Assembly (NCBI GenBank): GCA_964270895.1
Contig: OZ185437.1
Origin: Podarcis filfolensis
Taxonomy: Eukaryota
Direction: 5' to 3' (one strand)
Length of the DNA: 64,000 bases
Positions 1 to 13,900 of this stretch are shown piece by piece. A program made the position numbers and the translations under genes. Positions within the stretch are counted from its first letter, which is position 1; every line of letters begins with the position of its first letter. The notes beneath the pieces are model-generated. The model was not told the DNA's origin. It did no database searches and saw only the letters and a program-made list of their open reading frames with translations.

Positions 1-974
1 CTGGATGCTCAGACAGCATGAAGCATTTTTCACCAGCTTAGGCTGGTGCACCAACTGCAGAACGTGAAGTTAGTTAAAAAATATGAGGGCTAGACTACTA
101 ACTGGTACTGGGCGTATGAAACACTTCTTTCCAGTCTTAAAACGGACTCCTAGTCCATTTCCAAGCACATTTCAAAGTGTTGGTGTTTAAACCTTAAAGT
201 CCCAAGGGCTTTGGATCTAGGTATCATGCAGATCACATTGTTCTGCATGAAGCTGCCTCAGAGACTTTCCTTTAGAATTTTTGTTTTTTTTTAAAAAATG
301 CATGTATAGCCCACCAGCATGGATTTAAAAGTAATGCATACTTGCTTTGACTGGGGTCACCTTCGTACTGGGAGGAATTCAAGTGCAAATTGTGCAACTG
401 AAGTGAATTAAACCACTCTGTCACACTAGAACAACAAATCCACTAAAAAGGGGGGAGGGTTATTAAGAAAAGTGTTGGGGAAATACACGGAAAAGTCTGG
501 GATGAACTGGTGAGCAGGAAGATACCTGAAAACCACACAAACAACTTAGGATAAATGTTCGTTGTTGGAAAATGTCCCTACAAACAACTCAGAATGAATG
601 TTCAATAAAGAACAGACATAGTTTAACTTGCACATATGCTTTCTTCAAGCAGAGCAGAATGATCAATCAAGAAACAGGTTATCTGGAGGAGCCCTGGAAA
701 TCATATAGTGCTCATCAATTTTAATTTAATTTACTGATCCATTTAAAAACATTTCTAGCCATTTCATGAAAAGTGGATAAACTCTTTTATAAATTCTGAA
801 GCAATTCACAACAATAGGTTACACAAATAAGAAAACCTTCATGATAAAATACAGCAGTACATTAAAACATCAGTAGTTCTAGTTAGCATAGCATTAAGTA
901 TGACTATCCTTAAAAGGAAAATAGAAGACTGATATTTCTAATTAATCTGCTTATTTGCAATTGGTCACAATTAC

Positions 975-1157
975 CTCCAAAGAAGTTTCCTTCTGGTGCA
1001 GGGTGGAGATAAATTTTTTCCAGACTTCCTTAGCTGTAGCAACTTTAGCTTGGATAGATTTAGCTTTTTCTTTTGGCAAAATAGAACTTAATAATTCTCC
1101 TTTGGACACTACCATGTTTAATTTATGTTGGCCTTTTTCAGTTTCAGATAAGAATTC
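975..1157 (-). CDS. SYNE1: SYNE1 exon (~human ex59), 183 nt
   Basis: ttag|EFLSETEKGQHKLNMVVSKGELL...LHQKETSLE|gtaatt. Confidence 0.95.
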
Positions 1158-1912
1158 CTAAATCAAGAGATGGTCTTATATAACTATACAGCTTGCAGTA
1201 AATAAATACAAATATAGCCTTATTCAAACAAATTTAAAAGGCAAGAGACTGATTGCTTGTTCAATCATTTGTCCCTAAAATTCTACTCAAGTGAAGACTC
1301 TGCCTCAGCTCACCCCCAGATCTGTTTTTATTTAGCACAACTGAAATGAGGAGATTCTACAACAAACCTGATGTATATAACCCATGTTCTAATTAATTAA
1401 TAATGAAGGATTCCCATCCCCCCTTTTTTTTGCTAAACAGGCAATCTACTCTTCACTAACTTATCACTTTATCTTCAATTTGCTTCAGCTGTCTGTCATG
1501 AAGTTCCCTTTGGTCTTGATTTCCCTAATCTGCAATTGTCCTCTGGAAATCAACAGGAAAAATATCTTCCATTTCAGATGCCTGGGGTTGCATTTTGTTT
1601 TTGACAAACAAATGACCTTTTATTTAGATATATACTAATGAAACTTGAGCCTCATATTATCCCAAGAGTTCTGGCAGACAATACTAAGTAGGAACCAAGT
1701 GTAATTTCAGGTTCCACTACATTCTCCCCTTTATCAGGTGTATGTGAGTTTTATAAACATACTGCAAACCCCAAAGGACATATAATACTGTTCTTCTATT
1801 ACTGTGTTTTTAATTATGCAGGATTATTAGCAAAATCTGCAACTGGAGTATAGTTATAGATTGCTTAAACAGACACAAACCATTTAGTATTCTTCATTGT
1901 ATTCATGAATAC

Positions 1913-1969
<57 letters not shown>

Positions 1970-4900
1970 ACAGCGCGTTACCCAAATCTTATAAATTAAC
2001 CTAAAAAACCAAAATGTTTCCTGCGGGGTAGTACATTTCTTTTCCAACTGTGTTTAAGCACTGTTAAAAATTAACTTTATGCTAAGACCCTCAGAGCAGG
2101 TTATGGTTTCAGTTCCACATTCCTTTGATACAAATGCAACAGGCAACGTTATTCAGGCATAAAATGTTGTTTAAGTGGATTTTGGAAATGCTGGAACAGT
2201 TTATTAGAATAGCTTATTAGAATTTACCTGTATTTTCTGGATATTGGCCGCAGCTTCACTGACATTTTGAGGCACATCAAAACATTTGGCAGTAGTGATT
2301 TTTGAATTGACCAGCCATTGTTGGAAGTCTCTGAATGCTGTCCTGAATCTCTGCTGCAAGGCTTGCTCTTTACTTTGGCAACCCTTTGAAGCTTGTAGAC
2401 AAAGACTTCAGAGTCCCATGTTAGTCAAATGAAAATGTAGATTGGGATTATGTTAGACAAAATGAGGGAGATATTTAATCCAGTACAATGCAATACACCA
2501 AATTAACATAAAAATGTGTTACAACAAAATACTATAGTACTGCTGTGAGAAACATAAATAACATCTGCATTGAATCTGCTTTCTCTAAGTGAGGAATGAT
2601 CTAATTCTTAATGCTTTTGCAAGATTTTAATTAAAAAGCTAACATTCAAAGAACATCATGGTTAAGTCACACAACACAGACATGCACAGATTTTTGGTTG
2701 TTTGTGCTATAAAGTGAAACTCACCTGTTATATTCCTTAATTAACTGTGATACCTTTGCAGAATAGGTACTCAAATCTTTGGAAAACCGACAAAGATCAT
2801 TCAGCTGCAATTTTATATCATCGTTCATATGTTCTGCCTTGGTTAGGGCACTCAATGTTTCCTAGTTGAAACAAAACAATACTAGTAAAAAAATGCATTT
2901 GCATACATGGAATTATCCCTTCTTCGTGAAATGTATACATTGGCCTGATCAAAAGTCAAAATGGGATATGTATGGATTTCATGCACCCACAAACAGCCGC
3001 TGTGCTCTCCATTTGCTCCTCCCTTTACAATAGATAGGGAAACAAACCAGGAAGCTGTACCTAACTAGAGCTTCCTGTTACATGCACCCAGGAACTATGG
3101 TTAGATCTGCAAATCAGCAAGATTCCAAAGCCAACAACCATGGCTTGGATCCAGACTTCGGGAGTGATCATCAAACAACTTATAAAACTGAGTAACTTTT
3201 TTGTTCCTACTATGAGAGGGCTTAGTGCAAGATCTGAAATGCTGCCGTGGAGTTTGATGTATATAAGCAACAGCTCTGACTTTACAAATACTGGAGGGAA
3301 AAACCATGCTTGTGGCTGGTAGGTGGGTGAGTGCAGGACCCATGCATGTGTGTGTGTGTGTGTGTATAAAAAATTTGATTTGGATCATTCAAGAGGAGAG
3401 GCAAATTTTGTAAACTGCTTTGAGAGCATTTGGGGGCTATAAAGTGGGATGTAAGTATTCTAAACTAATTTACTTTTGACACTTTCTTGAATACACACTC
3501 CAAAAGTCTGTTCCAGATGGTTGGGAAAATCTCTAGAGCAGGGTGTTGCATTCAGAGGGAAAGGGGGAATTAGCCAAAATTGCCTTCTTTTCCTTCCCAC
3601 CATGCACTGATGAAAAAACCTTCAATGGACAGAAGGAGCCCTGCCATTCACGGATGGTTAAGTTTGGATTCAAGTTCAAATTAAAATATGGATTTCTCCT
3701 ATCATGATGGTCCATGATTATTATTCTTGGTCCAAAATTATAGAAAACCATCAAGGCAGCTGGTTGTAAAGACCAGCAGGAAATTTGGTGAAAAACACTT
3801 AACGCAAGGCCAGCAGGACTACTGGTTACCTAAACCCCTTGAAACAGCCCATGGCGATTGCTGCGATGAAAGCTGAGAGAGTTAAACAGAAAACAGTACT
3901 CAAAGCTTCTGCGTCCTCTTTCTGCCTCTGCTCAGAGCCCCCAGTTTCAGTGCCACAAGGACTGAGTAATGAAATGCAACACGTGTGCATGCAGAAAGCC
4001 ATGAAATCACTACACATAGTTTCCACACACACAAAAAACCCTTCTACAGTTTGCCGTGTAGCTGGTTTTAGTGCTTTCGAAGTTAACTTACACGATTTAG
4101 TTCTAAAAGTGCATTCCAAAGTTTCCAGTTTAGCAACAATTGCATATTACACTCTCTTTGTACAAGCGGTTTCCCCCCTCCTCCCAGGCTTTTGCAGCAG
4201 AAAAAGAAAAGAGCAGAAAGAGCTAAAATGGAAACAAAATGGTTTTACCTTTTCTCGGTGCCAGCATTCCACCAGCTCTTTGTCTGTCTGCTTACTATCC
4301 AGAGGGGTCAGCGTTTCAGACCAGGTTGCGAGGAGTGTGCTGAAGCGCTGCAGGGCCTCTTCCAGATGAGAAGCTTGCATGGTGAATTCCTGCTCTGACA
4401 GGGCCATCTGAGTGTCCAGCTCCTGCAAGCTGTTTCGGGTTTGGAATGCACTCTCTTCCCACTGCTTCCAGTCGGAGTGAAGGGCCTGCATTTCGGTCTC
4501 TATGTGCTTGCACCCCTGAACAGTTGTGTTCTTTTTCACCGCTGGAGCCAGCGTCTGAACTCTGTTTAGGCGGCCCTCACCAGTCTGTCTGGAATCTATC
4601 AGCTCCTGCAATGGAATATCGCCATGGCAACTGAAATGGCTGTGATCCACTTCAGCTGGATAACGGCATGCTTACTACAAAACGACACACAGCATTCTGC
4701 AGAAGAGCTACACTGACTGCTCCATGTTCACAAACAGTTTCACCAAAAATATATATTTTCTGAACAGTGCCGAGCCTGTGCTAAAATGTAAGTGAAAGGT
4801 TAAAATAACAAAGCAGGAAAAAGAAAAGGGAAAGCTGTGACCAAGTCGCAACATTAGCAGCAAGTTACAGAGTTTCAGAATCTAAAGCCCTTATATTTTC

Positions 4901-7900
4901 CTAGAAAACAAAGTTCAGATTGATTAAAATTAACATGGCATGCGGTCTATTTTATATGATACAGATTGTTGTATATTCTGGACAGTCTTGAACTGAGCTG
5001 TAAGGTCAGACGCAGCAATTGGAAATACAGAAACATTCAAGGAGAAAAAGCACCCACAACTAGTGTTTTATTTTGGGTACGATAACTTAAGGATGGTGTT
5101 ATCCTCAAATTACCAAGTGGCCAGTTGCCATGTGGTATATGCACTTGTTCCATTATTTCACGATTTCTGATTCTTCATCTTCTTGTTATTACAGTCGTAC
5201 CTCGGAAGTCGAACAGAATCCGTTCCGGAAGTCTGTTTGACTTCTGAAACATTCAACTTCCAAAGCGCAGCTTCTGATTGGCTGCAGGAAGCTCTTGCAG
5301 CCAATTGGAAGCCACTGAAGCCCTGTCGAACGTTCAGCTTCCAAAAGAACATTAAAAAACCGGAACACTCACTTCTGGTTTTCGATCGTTCGGGAGCGGG
5401 AACGTTTGACTCCCAAGGTGTTTGGGAGCCGAGGTATGATTGTATTAACTAATCTTATATAGCCAGTCATCAGCATAAAATCCCTGACTGACTTACTGGG
5501 CAAAGAATAAAATACATTATTACAAATACAAAGTGACAGTTTAAAATACCAACAAAAATAAAACACAGCATAAAATGTTAATGTTTTAGCATATAGAAAT
5601 ACAGTCAGCTAGCAGCTCAATAAATAAAACACAGCTTACACAATGAGAAGCCAAGTTTTGTTTGTTTAAAATGCTACCTGTTTAAAAAAACTGGATATAT
5701 ATATATAGAAAAGCCTTCAACTACTTATGCTGTGTATAATTTTGATTAATTTTAAATAGCTGCAGTTCAGCAGTAGAGCTCTTAACATAATTTGAAGTAG
5801 CAGCTAAGCTCTCAGCTGAATTTGTAATATATAATAGTGTTTTCTTTTCTTAATGCTTATTTTACCATGTCTTGACTGATATTTGCTAAAGTTAATAGGT
5901 TAATAAGCTACTGCAGTAGTTTCTCACATTAATTTTGGCCAGTTTTTTCTGTATGGCTGATGAATCCCCTGATGCATCTGACCAGCGGTGAAGCTCTTCT
6001 TTTGCGGAATTAAGCCAGTCGGTGAATTCATGAACTGCATCGAGGTATAGTAGATGGTCCTTAACAATATCTTCCACTCTCTTCATTTTTTCCTATAAGT
6101 GAAAAGGAGGTTGTGTTCAATGCGGTGTTTACAGAATAACAATGCAATGAGATAGTTCTGCCAGAGGACCTATATTTGTCTAGTTTGTCTAGTTTCTCTA
6201 GTTTCTACCCACGAAAACAGACCTCACCAACATTTCACCCCTGGAAAGCCTCAGTGACACTGGGGATGGGAAGTCAGGTAAGTGCCCCTGCCCTGCCAAA
6301 CTACCAGTCTGAACCCAGAAAAGCTGTGGTTGATCTTAACCATGATTTAGACAAACAAGTCATCTTCAAACCATGGTTTATGATCCTATTTGTTTTCTTA
6401 ATTACCTATCAGAATTAACCACAGTGCTGGGTGTGGGCGTACTACTAAACCATGCGTGACTGAAAATGAATGTGAAAGCTTCCAATCTTCCCCTTGCAGT
6501 TGTGCCAGAAGAAGAGAGGAGAGGAGGACACACAAGCATGGACTTGTGTATATAACAATAAACCACAGTTTAGCTTTATACTAACTGAATCAGATCACTG
6601 TGAGTATAAATTATGTGAACGCTGGCAATGTATATTGTTTCAATAATATGGTTCTCTGTAGTGGTAGAGTTTGACTAGCCTTCAAGATGTTGTTGTACTC
6701 TAATTCTCAGCAGCCCCAGTCAATATGGCTAATAGGGATGATGGGAGTTGTAGTCCACTGAATTTTAGAAGGCACCACACTGGCTACCCCAATACAGGGC
6801 CTCTTTGCTCTAGCTACACACATGATGAAATATTCTTATAACTGCAGCAATATGTTTTAGTCCAAAGGAATATACATGATGAGTCACACATATCTTATGA
6901 CTGAATCGTTCCCTTGCATCCCAAGATAGCAGAGCTGTTTGATTCTTTCAGGATTTGCTTATCCAATAAGCAATGTCAGATAATGAACCATATTTCCTCC
7001 TGGAACTCACTGCACTGAACTCTTGCTTGAAGCCACTGAGCAGACAAGATAAACATCTACTTAATTTTTTGTTTGCTTTCTTGAGTATTGTATTGCATAG
7101 ACTCTACGTTTTCCCAGTTGCAAAATATTTATTCTCTACTATATTTCCAATAACTTTCTGTCAATATTTGCCTGTCCTTTCATGATAAATAGAACCAATT
7201 GTATTGGAATGATCCAGACTCAAATCTTAGTTCTCCGACAGGTTTTAAGCATCTCATGGTCAGCATAGTGCAAACGATGCCTGTCCCTCTTGCTCTCCTT
7301 CTCAGTGTGTTGCAGTGACTCAGTTGGATGGAAGTTAGATGAGTGGCCCAGCTGCAACATGGTGTCCGCTACTGATGCTGCTCAGCTACTCCAAAGAAGT
7401 TTAAAGCATTTAAGCACAGCATCTTGGATTAATATACTTCCATCTATATGGGATAGCATACATCATATTTACCTTGACTACTGTTGCAATGTCGCTGAAC
7501 TGGATTTTCAGTTCCTCTTGAGCAGCTTCTCTGAAAGAATCATCCTCTGTTTTCTCATACAGTTCTCTGGCTTTACCCATGAGCTGGTGCAAGTCTTTAG
7601 AATGGTTTTCCACTTCTGCAACAATAGTCTGGAAATGGTCCAGCAGGGAGAATTTCTCTTTCAAGCCATTCTGAGGCTCCAAAGGCTGCTCCAATTTGTG
7701 GTCTACTGACTCCAGCCACTGGTCTAGCTGACTTTTCCTCTCCAGATATTCATCCCACTGATGAATCACAGACTCAAGCAAGCTTGTGGTAAAGAAATAC
7801 ACAGTGCATTTTAAATCATACACCATTTAAGAGAATGAACTAGATTTAGGGCTGCTGTAAAACATCTGCCAATTCAGCCCCCACCCCAAATCACAGGTGG

Positions 7901-10900
7901 CAACTGGGAAAGAAAATTTTGTTATTATTGAGGAGTGAGGGGGAAATAATCGAAATGATTTGGGGGCGGAGAAGGTTACATTTCTCTTACTTAACCTATT
8001 TCATGAACAGTTGTTTGTTTCCTTCTCATACCACCCCCTCCTTATTCTTGAAAAGGACATGTTTTACACAGAAGACTGGCGAGTAGCCATCACTGCCATG
8101 CCCCTAAGGCACTCTGCTCAGAACTGGCTAGTTGGTTTTGGCTGGCCCTACTCTCCCACAGCAGCCTGTCAGGCTCCCATTCCTCAGTGTTCTGGAGGGC
8201 CTCATTGACCTTCCAGAGATACTTTGTCAGGGTGCAGGCAGATGCAAGATCAAGGAGGGGACCAGAAATTTTTCTTTCATGAACTTCCTTCCTTTCACTT
8301 ATCTTAGAATCTAAATCAGTGCAAATCAGTCCTAAGCGAATTAATCAATCACCAAGTAAGATGAACTCTCAGTGAAGAAAATTACCAAACAATGATCACA
8401 AGTATATGTAGAAAGCGAAATCACTTACCTTTGACAGCTCAGTGAGGTATTGATAATGCTGCTCCAGAGATTTTTTAATGTTTTCAATTGGGTCTGTATT
8501 GCTTTCTGCCCTTCCTCATTGCTACTTTTAAGGGCTTGTTCACCTTTGCCAATGGCCATATTTAACTTGACTTCTCCCTCACCTTTCATTAAAAGGATCT
8601 CCTAGGAAGCAAAAGGACTGTAAAGCTTCAATAATTTACCCACAAGAAGAATGCTACCCATCAAGTTTTGAAACAAAGGCTGTATCATATGTGACATTAG
8701 AAAAACCTGTGTAGTTTTTTCTATAGACAATACTGAATTCTAGATTCCTCTTAGCAACCCCTTTCAGGATTATTATAGAATTACAATAATAGTTCAGCCT
8801 GATCTAGCTTTTAAAGTGTTGTCACAACTAGCACTAAAGATGAAAGAATATATTGGGTACCCTTGGCCAGTAAGCCACAGAAATAAATGGATAGGTTCAG
8901 CTTTTGAAAGCAAGGGGAATTTTGTCTCTTAGAGTGGAGGAGTAATTCTGATTACCATTTGGCCTGCTTGAGGGATGGTGATGATAATGATGCTTTAAAA
9001 GGTAAAGGGACCCCTGACCATTAGGTCCAGTTGTGACCGACTCTGGGGTTGCGGCGCTCATCTCGCTTTATTGGCCGAGGGAGCCGGCGTACAGCTTCCG
9101 GGTGATGTGGCCAGCATGACTAAGCCACTTCTGGTGAACCAGAACAGCGCACGGAAACGCTGTTTGCCTTCCTGCTGGAGCGGTACCTATTTATCTTTGC
9201 ACTTTGACGTGCTTTCAAACTGCTAGGTTGGCAGGAGCAGGGACCGAGCAACAGGCACTCACCCCGTCTCAGGGATTCAAACTGCCAACCTTCTGATTGG
9301 CAAGTCCTAGGCACTGTGGTTTAACCCACAGCGCCACCCGCATCCCAATGATGCTTTAGTTGCCTGTTATTACTCATGGTGGGTCCTTTTTTAAAAAAAC
9401 TGTGGCTGTTATTTTAGTTTTTAATCTTAGTGTTCACTTCATGGTCACTTGTGTTTTGGTTTAACAGCTGAATATTTTTCTTTTCAAAAGTGACACATAA
9501 GGTTACAAGTGAGGAAATAAAGACAATTTATTTTCAGTACTGTATTTTCAGTAACCCATTTTTGTCTTTGATCTCTGTTAACTAAAGATTGAGTTTTATC
9601 TGGATTTAGGAAGCATATAAGGATAAGCATTTGAAACCTTTGCCACCTGGGTGCCTCACATGCTTTGGACTACAACTCCCATCAGCCCCCACCAACACAA
9701 GTGCTGGTAATTGTCAAAAAAACTTCTGGAGGGCACCCAGCAAACAGTTCTGATGCAAACAGTTCCATGATTTTGTTACTTCACCTGTATTTGCATGAGG
9801 CGTTTCTCCAACACGACTTTGCTCCCAATGGTGCCCTCTGCAGAGGCCAGCTTTTCTTGCACATCTTTCACCCAGGTCCACATACCCTGCAGAGCTTCTT
9901 CTAATGCTTGGTGTTCCTGGAGAGCCACCTGAGAGGTCTTCAGCTTTTCCTTCACTACTTTGATTAGGTTATGGTAAGCAGAGAAATGCTGAGAAGCCAG
10001 ACGGACTTCCTTCCCAGTACTATATCCTTTCTCATTTAAAACCTGTGACTTCTGGGTCAGTTTATCAAAGGATTCTCTAAACAAAAACGGAGAAGAAAGC
10101 TTACGGAGTTACACATATCTCTGTGTGATATGAAAAACTATAGACAGTGTTCATTATTGCAATATAGTTCCAATATGAATGGTAAAAGATTCACATAAGG
10201 GTACATGAACAAAACTGTAATCATAATATAATAGTGGGCCCCATAGTAACATCCCACACTGAATCCTTAGTCCTTAATAAGAATGTGGTTGTTAAGGGGA
10301 CTGAGACTTGCTAGATTGTTGATGTATTTATGTGCCATGACTCACTTATGGCAACGGAACAAAACCTGTATGGTGGATATGAGAAACGGTTCCCTGAACC
10401 GATTGCATACTGCAGTGTATGCAAACTTCCCTTAACTACTAAGCTATCTTGAATAAAAAAGTTCAGCACTAGACCCATATGCATATCTCACTTGTTTCTT
10501 GATTTCAGTACATTTTTTATTTGTCACTGTGCTGGTAAAAATACACATTAAGCAAACTATTTAGGATCGTGTAGGCATTATTATATAATAGAGCAGGCAA
10601 GAAGATAGGCTATTTAGGTAAAGTTTGTTTTTTACCTGGCCACCAGCAGCTCTTCTAGGAATGCTTCCACTTTCTGCACCTCATTTTTCTTATCAGAAAT
10701 ATTCTGTTTGCTCTCACCCAAAGCTTCTGTGCTTATCCTTTCCTCCATTTCATGGAGCCACAAACTCCAGCTCTTGCACAGATCCTCAAAACTGTGAACA
10801 AAACAAAAGCAGAAGTATGCAACTGTCGCTAGATAAACAGAGAATTTACCTGCTATTACACAAACTGAGAAAGAAATTTGCCTAGATACCAGTTTTACTT

Positions 10901-13900
10901 TAATGCCTATTGCATGAGAGCTGCACACAAACTATTTTTGTTCAGTGACGAGTAACCTAAAAATACTCAACAAGGATCTAAATATGTCAAGCAAAACCGT
11001 GGGAATTACAGAGAGAATGGAGCTTTCAAAATTGTAAAAGTGGCACAGCTTAATTTTTTATCACAGTCTACGTGGAAACTGAAGGCAATGGAAGGATAGC
11101 CTGGCTCATACATTCACCCCTCATGTGACTACAATATATGCTGTATGCATGTGGAGCATACATACAATAAAGCCTAGAGCAGGTTCCCACTTTCAGAGAC
11201 CACCCCTTGCAACGTGTGGATGGGGAGGGGGGAGTTAGGGCTGATGAGGAAGCAATAGGCCAGCAGGGGTAGAGCTAGTGAAAATTGTCCCACTCTCCAT
11301 CTTACACAAATGTAATTGTATGAGGGGTGCATGCCCTAATATGGTTATACAGGAAATATAAATGTCAAATAAGCCTATTTTGGTTGTTCTATTTCCCCTC
11401 CCCCTTCACTCTCTCTCTCTCACATATTGAGGACAGGATTCACCTAATGAGTCCCGTCAACAGAAGGTTTCCTTTTGCACAACAGGGCTTCTCCCTGCTC
11501 CCTTAGTGCCCATAAAGCTGGCTCTGGGGTCAAGGAGAACTCTTGGGACAGCACACAGGGGCAGGAAAAGGGGGGATCATTCTGTCTGGTGAACCAAAAT
11601 GCTTGCCCTGATGAAATGATCACCTTAGCACGATGCTGAATTCCTCCTTTAGGGTTGTAAGCTCTTTCCACAGATACTAGGCATCTCCATTTACACATCT
11701 AGTTGAAGCAGGAGAAAATGCAGACATACATTGTTTGGTCCATTCTCTCCCCAGTTGTGCTGTTTATTGCCCCCATAATCTGCTGGCTTGTGTGACATCC
11801 TAGAGGCGTGCTTGCCACCAAAGATGAAGGGAGTCAGGCAAATAACGAAGGAGTAGGCAAATCCACAGCCCCTTTTCTCCTGCTTCAACTGGAGATTTGA
11901 AGGGCCGCACACAGTGCCCAATGGTCAGCAATCCTACCCATATCTCCATTTTAACTGTACAAACTAGAAAGAAGGACTGTTTGCTATGAGCACATGAATA
12001 AAAGTATTCAAAACTGGACTTGTTGCTAATGTTATGTAAGCAAGAGGACTGAGACCACAAACATTCCTCCCTGTAAAGGAAATGTTTTGACATGGTTACC
12101 AACAATTTCACAATGTTAAGCTATATGCCACTGTTTTCTTTTTGTCAAGCAAATCCACTTTTAGGAGAGGCCAAAGTCCAGTGGTCAAGCACATGCTTTG
12201 TGTGCATAAGCTGCCAGGCCCAATCCAGTTAAAAAGCTCTGGGGCTGCATGGCTGGGAGAGTCACTGTTGGTCAGAATAGGTAGACCAAGACCACAAGGC
12301 AGATTTATATGGATATTTTATACACTGTATCACATGCACAAATGAATAAAATAACCAACCTTCCCAGCTCCGCAATGCATTCTTCCAGAGCTTGTTTATC
12401 TTTCAAGCACTGTTTAAAGAATCCCTCAAAGTCCTGATGAGCTTTATTTATCTGTTCCTGGATGCTATTCACAGATGATTTAGGTAGGAAAGCACAAAGA
12501 TGTTCTCCTTCCTGGGAAGCTGCCCCCAGCTTGCTCCTTCCTTCCTCAACGGAATCCAACACTTTCTGAGTGGAACAAACACAGAATTTTACTTGGGAAA
12601 GTGGGTAGAGGAAGGAAAAAGAAAATGGAAATGAAGAAGATTGGTTAAAGCATGAATGTTAAGAGTAATTGTTTAGAAAGCCAAGACTATCTATACATAA
12701 AGATTAGTTGGCACAGACTTCCTTTGAATGTACCACTTCAGATGGTAGACAGAAGCTTTGAATGTTACTCCTTGTTTAGAAAACAAATACAAAGTTATTG
12801 TGTATAGAAGACCAACTAGCAAAAAAATTCTAATCTGCAAGTTTTGTATGGAAAGAGAAAGTTTGGTATGAACCAACATTCTGCAATCCACCTTACACTT
12901 GCATAGTAGCATCCAGGTATGCAGACAACCATGGTAAATGCTGTTTTGAGGAACCATCTTTATCACCCTTGGCAAGTAAAGGGAGGGAGGGAGGGTGGTG
13001 GGGATGGATCTTGGTGGGAGTAGGTTGCAAGGTGCTCTCTAACATTCACAGTAATCCAAAAGACATCACTGGACACACAAAGGGCCTGGTAGCATCATCA
13101 GTTAAAACTGGGCAAAATTTAAAGTCAGATGAATGTTGGTACCTTCAGTGAGCATTTCCCATGGGCTTCTCCATAGCTGCAATTGATGGTATGCGTATTA
13201 TTTCATGCCATAGATACATACAACATGTCACCCTGCCTACAATGTTTTTGGGAAAGATGCTATTTGTGACCATTAACATGCTAGCAGTATCCTGTCTTCA
13301 GTGAGTTCTTCTGTACCTGTTATCTTTGCGCCTTCACCAAGGTATTTTTATCAGAGTTTTTGCCGGTGGTAATGGGGATGAGCATGCATGTTGACCGCTC
13401 ACAAAACCCACAAGGCTTTGTGAGTGCTTAAAGGGTACACCTGCATGACCCAGTAGACTTGAAAACCAAACAATGTGTTGTTTGGTCATCCATGGTAACG
13501 GTACCTGCAGTTCATGGAGTTTTGCTTCGATGGCTTTACTATCTCCAGATGTAATACTTAAGTCTTTTACAGCAGTCTTCAGGTTAGAATACCAGCTTTG
13601 AAATCCACACATAGATTCTGAAAAAAACAAGAAGGGATAGATATAAAACATTACTATATTATACAAAGATGCTGATATTCTGTGCTCAGAATTCATCAAG
13701 AATACTCTGTTTTAATTATTATTTTCCACTACTGACTTGTATACTGTAATCACCACTAGAACAATGGCATAGATTTCAGTTCAGTAATGGAACACTGAAT
13801 ATTCTTCTCTATGACAGACCACTTTGGTGTCAGCAAAAACAAGGAAGCCTGCAAAACAGCAGTGGCAGTTTAATAGAATTAGAAAACAGAAATAACAGCT

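Noticed and set aside
1-974. Next SYNE1 exon (NLKIQMKDFE...) expected here
   Set aside because: No matching coding sequence found; it must lie outside the window.
3839-4369. 176-aa plus-strand ORF
   Set aside because: No recognisable homology; partly the antisense shadow of exon 4249-4605.
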